From a virus (lineage: Duplodnaviria; Caudoviricetes): 64,000 nt of DNA. This document shows positions 55,645 to 64,000 of the stretch, piece by piece. The stretch spans positions 16,355-80,354 of IMG/VR virus record IMGVR_UViG_2899924645_000001. One strand, written 5' to 3'. The notes beneath the pieces were generated by a model. It did no database searches, had not been told where the DNA came from, and saw only the letters and a program-made list of their open reading frames with translations. A program made the translations under genes and the position numbers. The stretch's first letter is position 1, and each line of letters begins with the position of its first letter.

Positions 55645-56684
55645 TGGCTGCGACCTTTCCGCCAGTGGCGCTACTGCATCTCAACGGCAGCAACGGTTCG
55701 ACGGACATTGTCGACGTGATGCGCAACAAGTGGACCGCGAGCGGCGGCGCCAAACTCACGACAGCGGATTCGAAGTTCGGCGGCTCGTGCCTGGCCTTTG
55801 ACGGCGATGGGGATTTCGTCAGCATGGCGGGCTCCCTCGCTTTCTATTTCGACGCGAACGACTTCACCATCGAAGCCTGGGTCAAGCCGACCAATACCGG
55901 GCGCGAAATGGTGATGTTGGACTACTACCAGTCGGGAAACGCGACTTGGCAGGTGTTGGTGACCTCGGGAGGCAAGTTGTCCTTCTATGGCTGGAATGGG
56001 TCAACGACCAACTACATCGCCACCGGCACTTCCTCGATCTGGGGTGCATGGCATCACGTTGCGGTGTCAAAGCGCAGCGGCGTCCTCTATCTGTTCGTCG
56101 ATGGTGTGCTCGAAAGCAGTGTGGCGCACAGCGCCGCGTTCACCGCAAATCCCGGCTTCTTCGCCCTGGGTGCGCAGGTGTCGTCTCGCAATGCGGCCTA
56201 CGACTACGCAGGTCTGATGGATGAGGTCCGGGTGATACGTGGAGACGGGCTCTACGTGAGCACGTTCACGCCGCCGGCCACACCGTTCCCTGATGAGATT
56301 CGGCCCGTCGTGTTGCGGAGGGGCGGGTACGTGCCGGTCGGCCTCGCGGCGGCGTCGTTCTCGGGCGTGGTTCCGCTACGCCGAGGGCGGCTCTATCGCA
56401 ACTTCAACAACCTGGGCGCGGAGGGGCGACTGGTGGGCACCGTCAAGGAAAAGCACACACCGGAAAACACGCCGCTGCGCCGCAAGGTAAGACTGATCCG
56501 AGAGCGCGACGGTGCGACCGTGGGCGAGACCTGGAGCGACGCTGTCACGGGTGTCTATGCCTTCACGAACATCGACGGCGCCGAGGCTTACACCGTGATC
56601 TCGTATGACCACGAGCACAACTACCGTGCCGTGGTTGCGGACAACCTGACGGTCGCCGGCGGCGGCGTGGAGCTGGTGGCATGA
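55644..56684 (+). CDS. LamG/concanavalin-like domain tail protein (putative receptor-binding)
   Basis: LLHLNG.NGST...SKFGG...FTIEAWV...WHHVAV...LFVDG...MDEVRV. Confidence 0.8.
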   Translation: MAATFPPVALLHLNGSNGSTDIVDVMRNKWTASGGAKLTTADSKFGGSCLAFDGDGDFVSMAGSLAFYFDANDFTIEAWVKPTNTGREMVMLDYYQSGNATWQVLVTSGGKLSFYGWNGSTTNYIATGTSSIWGAWHHVAVSKRSGVLYLFVDGVLESSVAHSAAFTANPGFFALGAQVSSRNAAYDYAGLMDEVRVIRGDGLYVSTFTPPATPFPDEIRPVVLRRGGYVPVGLAAASFSGVVPLRRGRLYRNFNNLGAEGRLVGTVKEKHTPENTPLRRKVRLIRERDGATVGETWSDAVTGVYAFTNIDGAEAYTVISYDHEHNYRAVVADNLTVAGGGVELVA

Positions 56685-57085
56685 ACGTGCTCGCCATCAA
56701 CTTCATGCTGACCGCGCTCATGACCTACATGGGCACCGGTGCGAAGTTCAAGATTTACGCCGGCGTCAAGCCTGGTGCCGGCGGTGCTGAGACGACGTTG
56801 CTCGCATCAGCAATCCTCGCGGACCCGGAGGGAGTGGTGAGCGGCGGGATGCTCGTGCTTGCGCAGGCCGATTCGGCCGGTGATATTGCGGTGGGCACTG
56901 GCGTTGCCACGTGGGGGCGCCTCGAAACGGCGGATGGCGTGTGGGTCGAGGACTTCACGGTAAGCGGGCCGTCCGGCGGCGGGCAAGTCAAGATCACGAC
57001 CGTAGACCCTGCGCCCGGTGACCCCGAGGCCCAAATCTATGCGGGCGGCACGTTCTTGCTCGGGACGGTGATTCTGGGTGCCTAA
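56681..57085 (+). CDS. Tail protein
   Basis: IYAG.KP...LL....L..P.G.......G.G.A.WGR; coupled. Confidence 0.65.
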   Translation: MNVLAINFMLTALMTYMGTGAKFKIYAGVKPGAGGAETTLLASAILADPEGVVSGGMLVLAQADSAGDIAVGTGVATWGRLETADGVWVEDFTVSGPSGGGQVKITTVDPAPGDPEAQIYAGGTFLLGTVILGA

Positions 57086-58961
57086 CGAGCTCGTCTTCGA
57101 CAGGGCGCCGCTGACCGGCTCGCCAGTGGAGCTGGTCTTCGGGGATGACGCGGCCGCGCCGAGCGGTGCCGTCTATGCCTCAGGGTTTATCGCGCTGCCG
57201 TCGTTCCTGCTGCTCGGCGGGGCTGTCGCGAAGCGTCCGCCGAAGAATGTTGCTAGCGGCCGCATTCCCTTGCCCACGTTCGCGCTGTCTGGATCGTCGC
57301 GCTATGACAGTGCGGTGTTTCGGCCGCTGGTCGGCAGGGCGGCGACCGGTTGGCAAGTCGCGCGGCAGATCGAAGGCGGCGCCGCCGCGAGGCACCAGAG
57401 TGCGCAGCGGGCGCACGTTGGGCGCGTGTCCGCATGGCAGACCGCCGCGCCGGCATCGTCGAGCACCGCGACGGCCTGGCAGGACTCGAGTCGCGCGCGT
57501 GCTGCAGCGGCCGCGATGTATCAGGCAGCTCTCCAGCTCGAAGCCGGCACCGGCATACGCCATCAGGAGGCGGTACGTGCCCGCACGGCCGCTGCGGCGC
57601 GCTGGCAGGCGGCGCAGCGCCTGGCGCCGGTGCCGGTCAGCGTGCGTTATCAGGAGGCCGAGCGCCTGCGCCGCGAGGTACGCGCGAACTGGCAGGAGGC
57701 GCAGCGCCTGCAGGCCCGCCATGCCGACCGCTTCGGCGCGGCCCTGCAGCTCGATGTCGGCAGCGTGTCGCGCTGGCAAGCCGCCATGTACCCGCTGCCG
57801 GGCCGCTCGGTCATTGTTCCGCCCGTCGATGAGCCCTGCTACGAGCCCTCGACGCACCTCATCTTCCGCGAGCGCCCGCAGTACAGCGCCGCACTCGTTT
57901 TTTCATGCGAACGGCACGTCGTGCCGCCGGGCACGGTCGTCGTGCCTGTATTGGAGGTCTATACCGTGCAGAACAGCATCAGTCTCGTGCGCCTCGACAG
58001 CGGCGAGGCGTTGGAGGCTTTGGCCTTCTCGATGAGCCTCGACGCCGATTCGTGGACGTGGCGCTGGTCGGCCACGCTGCCGGGCGCGGCATGGCCCGTC
58101 ATCCGGCGCGGCATTCATGTGGCCCCGGTGGACATCCTCGCGACCGTCAACGGCGTGCCGTATCGCCTGACCGCGACCGACTGCAGCAGGGATCGCCGCT
58201 TTGCCGACAACAAGGTGCAAGTGCAGGGCAGGGGGCGTGCGGCCCTGCTCGACAGCCCCTACTCGCAAATCCTCAACCACGCGGTGGCGGACACGCGTAG
58301 CGTGGCGCAATTGCTCGACCTGGCGCTGACGTACAACGGCGTGGGCATCGGCTGGAGCGTCGATTTCGGCCTGATGGATTGGACCGTGCCCGGCGGGACC
58401 TGGGCGTTTCAGGGAAGCCACATCGGCGCCGTGCTCGACATCGCGAGCGCCGCCGGCGCCATCGTGCAGCCCCACGCCACGGACGCAACGCTGCGGGTGT
58501 TGCCGCGCTACCCGGCTGCGCCTTGGCAGTGGGCGACGCTGGCGCCCGACTTCGTGCTGCCGGCGGCGGCCGTGGCCGTCGAGGGCATCGCGCAGAAGAC
58601 GCGGCCCGACTACAACCGGGTGTTCGTCGCCGGCACCACGGGCGACGGCGTGCTGGGGCAGGTCACGCGCGCCGGCACCGCTGGCGACAGCGTGGCCGAC
58701 ATGGTGACGCATGCGCTCATGACGGATGTCGTCGGCGTGGCGCAGCGCGGCCTTCCCATCCTCTCGGACACCGGGGCGCAGGCCGACGTGACGCTGAGCC
58801 TTCAGGTGCGCCCGGATACCGGCGTCATCCAGCCCGGCGCGCTCGTGCAGTACGAGGAAGGCGCCGAGACATTCCTTGGCCTCGTGCGCAGCGTGGCGGT
58901 CAACTGGCAGCGGCCGGTGCTGCGCCAGTCGATCACCCTCGAAACCCACATGGAGGCATGA
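57078..58961 (+). CDS. Tail protein (hub-like C-terminus; WQ.A repeats)
   Basis: Repeated WQ.A motifs; LDADSWTW; P.YN.V.V.G. Confidence 0.7.
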   Translation: MPNELVFDRAPLTGSPVELVFGDDAAAPSGAVYASGFIALPSFLLLGGAVAKRPPKNVASGRIPLPTFALSGSSRYDSAVFRPLVGRAATGWQVARQIEGGAAARHQSAQRAHVGRVSAWQTAAPASSSTATAWQDSSRARAAAAAMYQAALQLEAGTGIRHQEAVRARTAAAARWQAAQRLAPVPVSVRYQEAERLRREVRANWQEAQRLQARHADRFGAALQLDVGSVSRWQAAMYPLPGRSVIVPPVDEPCYEPSTHLIFRERPQYSAALVFSCERHVVPPGTVVVPVLEVYTVQNSISLVRLDSGEALEALAFSMSLDADSWTWRWSATLPGAAWPVIRRGIHVAPVDILATVNGVPYRLTATDCSRDRRFADNKVQVQGRGRAALLDSPYSQILNHAVADTRSVAQLLDLALTYNGVGIGWSVDFGLMDWTVPGGTWAFQGSHIGAVLDIASAAGAIVQPHATDATLRVLPRYPAAPWQWATLAPDFVLPAAAVAVEGIAQKTRPDYNRVFVAGTTGDGVLGQVTRAGTAGDSVADMVTHALMTDVVGVAQRGLPILSDTGAQADVTLSLQVRPDTGVIQPGALVQYEEGAETFLGLVRSVAVNWQRPVLRQSITLETHMEA

Positions 58962-59191
58962 GCATGGCCTCGACGAATCCCTATACCGCGCTCCTGGCCT
59001 TGCTGCCGAGCTACCCGCTTCAGATCGCAACGATTACCGCGATGGAGGGTGATGTCGCCCGCCTCGTGCTGCCTGGCGGCGGCGTGCTCACGGCGCGCGG
59101 CGCCGGCGCGGTGGGCGATCAGGTCTTTGTGCGCGATGGCGTCATTGAAGGGCGAGCGCCCTCGATGCCCTTCGTTCAAGTCGAAATCTAA
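58958..59191 (+). CDS. Small tail protein
   Basis: NPYTALLALLP...GDQVFVRDGVIEG.AP. Confidence 0.7.
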   Translation: MSMASTNPYTALLALLPSYPLQIATITAMEGDVARLVLPGGGVLTARGAGAVGDQVFVRDGVIEGRAPSMPFVQVEI

Positions 59192-59211
59192 AGAGAGAAA
59201 GAGGGCACCTC

Positions 59212-59583
59212 ATGGACGTGGGCGACATCGCCGGCAATCCGATCGCGCAGCTTGCGTTTCTGATTCTGTCGGCCGCCGGTGGATACAAGGTCTGGCGCGC
59301 ACAGCAGCCGACCGAAGCGAAAGAGCGCGCCGACAGCGAGGGGCAGATTGCCGCGCTCGCGACGTGGCAGCAGCTCCTCGAAGGCGAGCGCGCCGCGCGC
59401 GTGAAGGCCGAAGAGCGCGCCGACAAGTTCGCAGCCGAGCGCAACGAGGCGCTGCAGCAGGTATGGGAGATGAAAGGGCAGCTCAAGGTCATGAGCGAAA
59501 CCCTCGCCGCGCAGACGACGGAGCTTGGACTGCTGCGCGATCAGGTTCGCCAGTTGAAGGAACAAATCCATGCACCTCAATAA
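59212..59583 (+). CDS. Holin-like TM + coiled-coil protein
   Basis: N-terminal TM IAQLAFLILSAAGGY; first gene of the lysis cassette. Confidence 0.55.
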   Translation: MDVGDIAGNPIAQLAFLILSAAGGYKVWRAQQPTEAKERADSEGQIAALATWQQLLEGERAARVKAEERADKFAAERNEALQQVWEMKGQLKVMSETLAAQTTELGLLRDQVRQLKEQIHAPQ

Positions 59584-59980
59584 GTCGCACCTCAACAACT
59601 CGCACATCGACTCGGATCGCGCGCCGCTCGACGAACAGCCGCGCGTGCGCGTGCCGCGCCAGTGGCGCCGGCTGCTGGAAACCGTGGGCGTCGTCGGAAG
59701 CCTGTTCCTCGGTGGCCTCGGCACGGGCTATTTCTGGTCGGCCCGCAATGCCGAGGCGCAGGCCCTGCGCCAGCGCGAGGACCACCTGGCCGAGATCGCG
59801 CGCCTGCGCGAAACCTTCGATACGAGCCTCAAGGCGCTTGCCGTCCGCGTGGACCAAGCAGCCGGCACCGCGGCGAATGCCGCCCTTACAGCAGGCGAGG
59901 CCGCGAGCACCGCGCAGACCGCCGCACAGACCGCCAACCAAGCCGCCAAGTCGGCAGCAAAGGAAATGAAGAAACCATGA
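59570..59980 (+). CDS. Lysis-cassette membrane protein (antiholin/holin-like)
   Basis: TM VGVVGSLFLGGLGTGYFW, Ala-rich tail; precedes endolysin. Confidence 0.5.
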   Translation: MHLNKSHLNNSHIDSDRAPLDEQPRVRVPRQWRRLLETVGVVGSLFLGGLGTGYFWSARNAEAQALRQREDHLAEIARLRETFDTSLKALAVRVDQAAGTAANAALTAGEAASTAQTAAQTANQAAKSAAKEMKKP

Positions 59981-60561
59981 TCGACACTCAAACCCTCATC
60001 GACTGCACCGGCGCCACGCGCGCCAACGCCGAACGATTCGTCGTGCACCTGGCGGACGGCATGAACCGCTTCCGCATTCACTCGGACAACGCGATGGCGT
60101 GCTTCCTCGGGCAGCTCTCCATCGAGTCGGAAAACCTCTCGAAGGTCGAAGAAGACCTGTACTACACGACGCCGGCGCGGCTGCGCGAGATCTTCCCGAG
60201 CCTCTTCGTGCAAGGTAGCTACCGCGCCGAGGATTACGTGCGCAACCCGCGTGCGTTGAGCATGCTGCGCTACAAGGGCTTCCACGGGCGCGGCCTCATC
60301 CAGCTGACCTGGGAGGATGCCTACATCGCCGCAGGGCGGGCGCTCGGTGCGGACTATCGCGGCAACCCGGGATTGCTGTTGCAGCCGGAGCATGCCGCGC
60401 TCTCGGCGTGCTGGTTCTTCGCGGTCTTCAAAGACTGCCTGCCGGCGGCCGAGCGTGGCGATGTCTACGACATCACCGGGCGCGTCAACGGGCCGAAGCG
60501 GCTGAAGCTGGCCGAGCGCAAGACGGCCACGGCCCGGGCCTACAAGGTGCTGAGCAAGTGA
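59977..60561 (+). CDS. Endolysin, glycoside hydrolase family 19
   Basis: ACFLGQLSIESENL..VEE; FHGRGLIQLTW..AY; ITGRVNG. Confidence 0.9.
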   Translation: MIDTQTLIDCTGATRANAERFVVHLADGMNRFRIHSDNAMACFLGQLSIESENLSKVEEDLYYTTPARLREIFPSLFVQGSYRAEDYVRNPRALSMLRYKGFHGRGLIQLTWEDAYIAAGRALGADYRGNPGLLLQPEHAALSACWFFAVFKDCLPAAERGDVYDITGRVNGPKRLKLAERKTATARAYKVLSK

Positions 60562-60911
60562 GCGCGGTGCAGGCCCTGTTGTTGGCGCTTGGGTTGAGCG
60601 TGGCGGGTAATGCTGTGCTCGGCTGGGCGTGGATTGTTGCGCGCGAGAAGGCGGCCACCTCGGTGCTGCAGCGCGACGATGCTCGGGCGGCGGCATCCGC
60701 CTGCAGCGATGCGACGGAAGACCTCCGCGAGCTGGCCGACAAGCGCGCGGCCGAGGCGAAGAAGGCGCAAGCTGCAGCGCGTTCATTGGCGCTCGGCCAT
60801 GAGGTCCGAGCGCAGACGATTCTCGCGACGCCGGCGGCCGTGCCCGGTGATGCCTGTGCGAGCGCACAGGCGCGAATTGACGAATGGTTGAAGGGGAGGG
60901 CAGGGCAATGA
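60558..60911 (+). CDS. Inner-membrane spanin (Rz-like)
   Basis: N-terminal TM, coiled coil; GTG start. Confidence 0.75.
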   Translation: MSAVQALLLALGLSVAGNAVLGWAWIVAREKAATSVLQRDDARAAASACSDATEDLRELADKRAAEAKKAQAAARSLALGHEVRAQTILATPAAVPGDACASAQARIDEWLKGRAGQ

Positions 60912-61195
60912 GGCTTTGGGCGCGTCTGTGGCCCGCTATGGGCCTTTGCGTGGTGCTTGCTGGGTGTGGGGTGGCGCCGCTGCAGCCGGTGAAGACGCCG
61001 ATTCCGGTCGAGTGCCGCGTGCAGCGGCCGACGCGGCCGGCGATGCCGACTCAGGCGCTTGCGCCTGGCGTCGATCTTGATCGGTTTGCGGCGGCGGCCA
61101 TGGCCGAGATTGAGCTGCGCGAGGGATACGAGTTGGAGCTGAACGCGGCGCTCGATGTGTGCACGGCCGCACTTGATGTGGTGCGTGGCCGGTAG
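60908..61195 (+). CDS. Outer-membrane lipoprotein spanin (Rz1-like)
   Basis: Lipobox VVLAG|C; PVEC...P.RP.MP. Confidence 0.8.
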   Translation: MRLWARLWPAMGLCVVLAGCGVAPLQPVKTPIPVECRVQRPTRPAMPTQALAPGVDLDRFAAAAMAEIELREGYELELNAALDVCTAALDVVRGR

Positions 61196-61202
61196 CGTCA
61201 AA

Positions 61203-61457
61203 TCATTGCAGTGCCACTTCGGTGCCGTCGGCGGCCACCATGACGCCCGGCGACGCCTCGTCGATCTCGATGGGCACGCCCATGTGCTTCTCGGGGATGG
61301 TGGTCGCTCTCACGCGCGCGTCGGTCACCCAGCTGAGGCACTTCAGATACTCGTCGCGCAGAGCTGGGCTCAGAACGAACTTCCGCGGGTAAGCGTTGTT
61401 GTGGGCTCTCCAGTGCCCGGAGAGCTTGTCGGTCATTTGTAAGTACAGGGTGGTCAT
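61203..61457 (-). CDS. Hypothetical moron protein
   Basis: ORF opposite to the lysis cassette with protein-like composition. Confidence 0.5.
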   Translation of the reverse strand: MTTLYLQMTDKLSGHWRAHNNAYPRKFVLSPALRDEYLKCLSWVTDARVRATTIPEKHMGVPIEIDEASPGVMVAADGTEVALQ

Positions 61458-61617
61458 CGTTAAATCTTTGGTTCACTCGTTGAGGGCGTGACAGTCGTCA
61501 AGAAACCCCGTGCGTGACATATTTCACAGATACCGCCGCAGATGCGTGTATGGTGAATGCGCTTGCTGCCTGCGCCAATCATCTATCTCGGTGCCACGCT
61601 TGTGCCGAGTATTGGAG

Positions 61618-61890
61618 ACGCGCATGGATGGCGTTATGCACATGCACACCGGCAAGACCGGCGTTTGGACTATTTCGATCCTTCAAGAGAAGGTCGATCA
61701 CGGTGGCTATTCAGCATCGGCAGAAATCAACCTCAAGGGGCAATGTCGATGCAAGCTGGTCCTGGCCGCTCCCGAGCTGTCAGCGCAAGCCGGTCAAGAG
61801 AAGCTAAAGCAAAAGTGCATCGATTGGATCAATAAAGAAGAGGCCAACGTTCGCGATCTGAGTCGTTCCTCCGAAGCCGAGGAAGCATAG
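61618..61890 (+). CDS. Hypothetical moron protein (start uncertain)
   Basis: ...TGVWTISI...YSASAEINL.GQCRCKLVL. Confidence 0.5.
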   Translation, partial: TRMDGVMHMHTGKTGVWTISILQEKVDHGGYSASAEINLKGQCRCKLVLAAPELSAQAGQEKLKQKCIDWINKEEANVRDLSRSSEAEEA

Positions 61891-61896
61891 GGCGAC

Positions 61897-62124
61897 TCAG
61901 CCCGCTGCGGGTGCGCGCCGGACCTCGACCGGACCGATGCCGCTGTAGACCGTGGTGTTGTCCTTCAGCGAAGTGACCGTCCAGCGCTCGGCGCCTTGGC
62001 CAGGTGTGACCTTGTAGTCGCCCGGCGCGAGCGGCAGGGCATGTTCTTCGCGCGCGGTGCTGCTGTACCAGGCCGGCGTGTAGAGGACGGTGGACTCGGA
62101 GGGGAAGATTTCAGCTTGGCTCAT
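61897..62124 (-). CDS. Small hypothetical protein
   Basis: MSQAEIFPSESTVLYTPAWY...; last gene of the minus-strand run. Confidence 0.5.
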   Translation of the reverse strand: MSQAEIFPSESTVLYTPAWYSSTAREEHALPLAPGDYKVTPGQGAERWTVTSLKDNTTVYSGIGPVEVRRAPAAG

Positions 62125-62143
62125 GGCAGGATTGTCTCTTTCG

Positions 62144-62473
62144 CTACGGGCCGACTTGCTCAACAGGAATTACGAGCCAGACCTGCCGATACTCTGCAGT
62201 GCCATCGTTTCCGGTATCGAGCTCGATGCCGGAGAGCAAGAAGCCATTGCCTTTGTACGGCAACAACGTGGGGTCAGTAATCCGGCCGGCTGAACGAGCT
62301 TGGGGCAGCCCCCAGTTCTCGAACAACATCACTTCTGTGAGATTGCGCCCCGAATTGTTCGTGTCGCGGTCGGACTCACGAATCTGCACAGACACACGCA
62401 TCGGCGCTTCTCTCTGGCTGGATCTCAGGCGCAAGCCGTGGCGCATGAGGAATGTCACGTCCGCTAAGAACAT
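62144..62473 (-). CDS. SRAP-associated small protein
   Basis: FLMRHGLRL...ITDPTLL...GNGFLLSGIE...YRQVWL resembles the small gene commonly divergent from prophage SRAP (recollection). Confidence 0.55.
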   Translation of the reverse strand: MFLADVTFLMRHGLRLRSSQREAPMRVSVQIRESDRDTNNSGRNLTEVMLFENWGLPQARSAGRITDPTLLPYKGNGFLLSGIELDTGNDGTAEYRQVWLVIPVEQVGP

Positions 62474-62713
62474 CTAGGGCACCAGCGGCTCATCTTGGTT
62501 CTGTGGCTTCGGTAGAAGACCCGGCAGCTCATGCATAACCGCGCGAATGTGGTCGCCGGCATTCCGGTCCCAGTCGCCGTACAGGTCGCCGATGCGCGCG
62601 CAGCGCCCCGCGACCTCGTCAGCGAAATCACGCAGGGTGGGGCGCATCGGATCGTTCGGGCCGAGTTCGCCGACCCTGCGCGCCATTTCCACCAGCTCAA
62701 CCTCTATTTCCAT
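62474..62713 (-). CDS. Hypothetical protein, paralog of the C-terminus of 62734-63141
   Basis: LRDFADEVAGRCARIGDLYG...NAGDHIRA. Confidence 0.6.
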   Translation of the reverse strand: MEIEVELVEMARRVGELGPNDPMRPTLRDFADEVAGRCARIGDLYGDWDRNAGDHIRAVMHELPGLLPKPQNQDEPLVP

Positions 62714-62733
62714 CAGGTGCTCACGGGGCAAGG

Positions 62734-63141
62734 CTAGAAGGGCAGGCGTCCATAGAGCGCCCTGATGCGGTCGCCTGCGTTGCCCTTTTTCGGGTGCCCA
62801 AACCCGTCGGCCGTCGAGGCGCACAGCTCGACGACATTGAAAGCGAATTCCTGCAGGGCAGGATCCAGCTTGTCGCCATTCATGATGATCTCGGCGCGCG
62901 TCGCCAGCTTCTCGAACTCTCCCGAAGGGTCGCGAACGAGGTCTTCGTGATCGGAGCTGCAACTCTTGAAGTGGACGGCGGCAATCTCTTGGGCAGGCTG
63001 GCCGCCGACGACCCGGTACAACGCGAGGCCTTGGGAGAACAGGTCTTCGTAGTCGCCATGGCCTTTAGCCAGAAGCAGCCACTCAGAGGCGAACAGGGAG
63101 GCCCAGGCGACGTAGTCCGGCTGCGGGGTGATTTCAGGCAT
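62734..63141 (-). CDS. Hypothetical protein, first gene of an SOS-regulated operon
   Basis: GGAG RBS; LQEFAFNVVELCASTADGFG...NAGDRIRA. Confidence 0.65.
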   Translation of the reverse strand: MPEITPQPDYVAWASLFASEWLLLAKGHGDYEDLFSQGLALYRVVGGQPAQEIAAVHFKSCSSDHEDLVRDPSGEFEKLATRAEIIMNGDKLDPALQEFAFNVVELCASTADGFGHPKKGNAGDRIRALYGRLPF

Positions 63142-63157
63142 TTCAAGCTCCTAAAAG

Positions 63158-63177
63158 TACTGTATGGATTTACAGTA
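63158..63177. promoter_or_regulatory. LexA (SOS) box
   Basis: TACTGTATGGATTTACAGTA = CTGT-N8-ACAG with palindromic TA flanks, between divergent genes. Confidence 0.9.
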
Positions 63178-63229
63178 TCTTCCCAGGGTTTATGACCGTC
63201 AACCGATTTCCCGACGCAGAATGTCAGTC

Positions 63230-64000
63230 ATGTGTACTCGTTACATATCGCCCGAGGATCGCGAGATAGAGGCCGCCTGGTACATCGGCGCCCGCAGCGC
63301 CGAGCGCTGGCTGCGCAGCATGCGGCCGATGTACACCGGGGCGTTCATGCGCCGCGCCGTTGACAAGACGGAGTACGAGCGCGAGATCGCGGTGGGTCAG
63401 TGGTCGCTCATTCCAGCGTGGTCGAGCAGCCATGTCCCGACGGCGCCCCCGCGCAAGGGCGAGACGAAGGGCAAGGAGCTGGCCACGCACAACGCCCGCT
63501 TCGCTGGCATCGAGAAGAAGCCGGCCTTCAAGGACGCATGGAAGCTCAGCAGGCGCTGCATCATTCCGGCCTGGAGCTTCGATGAGCCGAACTGGGAGTC
63601 GGGCAAGAACCAATGGTGGCGGTTCCGCCGCACGGACGGTCGCCCCTGGGGCCTGGCCGGCCTGTGGAGCACTTGGAAGGATCTGGAGACGGAGAAGGTG
63701 TGGGAGAGCTACACCATGCTCACGATCAATGCGAACCTGCATCCGATCATGTCTCGTATGCACAGGCCCGAGATCGACCGCACGACAAAGAAACCGCTTG
63801 AAGTGCAAGACAAGCGCTCCGTGGTGGCCATCGAAGAGCATGAGTTTGATCGATGGCTGACCTGCACACCGGAGGAAGCGCGAGAGATGGTGCAGCTAAT
63901 CCCGGTTGATCTGATCGACGCTGGGCCGGCAGCGGCGGAAGGAATTCGAGAGGCGAAGGCGGCGCCTTCTGACGCCGACGAAGAAGAATTGCCGTTTTGA
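63230..64000 (+). CDS. SOS response-associated peptidase (SRAP/YedK/HMCES family)
   Basis: MCTRY (Cys2); HNAR; WK..RRCIIPA.SFDEP; LAGLW; SYTMLT.NA..HP.M.RMH; DKR. Confidence 0.95.
   Translation: MCTRYISPEDREIEAAWYIGARSAERWLRSMRPMYTGAFMRRAVDKTEYEREIAVGQWSLIPAWSSSHVPTAPPRKGETKGKELATHNARFAGIEKKPAFKDAWKLSRRCIIPAWSFDEPNWESGKNQWWRFRRTDGRPWGLAGLWSTWKDLETEKVWESYTMLTINANLHPIMSRMHRPEIDRTTKKPLEVQDKRSVVAIEEHEFDRWLTCTPEEAREMVQLIPVDLIDAGPAAAEGIREAKAAPSDADEEELPF

Larger units (their letters stand above)
24967..64000. mobile_element. Lambdoid siphovirus prophage (attR outside window)
   Basis: int, AlpA, early-left genes, cI/cro/cII, replication gene, cos, terminase, portal, capsid, tail, lysis, SRAP. Confidence 0.93.

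Noticed and set aside
50813-59191. Diversity-generating retroelement or invertible tail-fibre shufflon
   Set aside because: No reverse transcriptase, template/variable repeat pair, invertase or inversion sites seen in either tail region
801-60867. Numerous long overlapping or antisense ORFs in the track (e.g. 801-1823, 4447-5913, 13398-14774, 44063-45538, 47467-49275)
   Set aside because: Arg/Ala/Gly-rich shadows of real genes, expected from high-GC codon bias; no recognisable motifs

Overview
The window holds two prophages in tandem in a GC-rich betaproteobacterium. Host is probably Comamonadaceae/Variovorax-like; this is an inference from the cargo lipoprotein style. (1) 1-~24,980 is the right part of a P2/phiCTX-like myovirus prophage: tail T(start), E/E' (with an intact -1 frameshift site), FII, FI, fibre, I, J, W, V, S, R, lysis, X, L, M, N, O, then divergent P and Q. 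After Q come a beta-propeller lipoprotein moron, a P2-type cos, and a 5.6-kb candidate defence island (SRA-HNH nuclease, MORC/GHKL-histidine-kinase fusion, receiver-HEPN protein, convergent C5 DNA methyltransferase). (2) A tRNA-Ser-like 3' fragment (24,967-24,980) with arm-type repeats on both sides marks the junction. (3) 25,140-64,000 is a lambdoid siphovirus prophage: P4-type integrase/AlpA, early-left small genes (C5 MTase, HD hydrolase, cassette-like mini-gene array), cI/cro/cII with six readable operators, replication initiator with iterons, lambda-type cos, terminase, Mor-like activator, portal, protease-capsid fusion, tail, lysis, and a LexA-boxed SRAP module. A three-gene AT-richer cassette (membrane protein, RibD-like deaminase fusion, PD-(D/E)xK-like nuclease) interrupts its head operon. 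The best candidates for undescribed systems are the HNH/MORC-HK/REC-HEPN/MTase island and the deaminase cassette. All calls come from reading motifs by eye; no database search was run.
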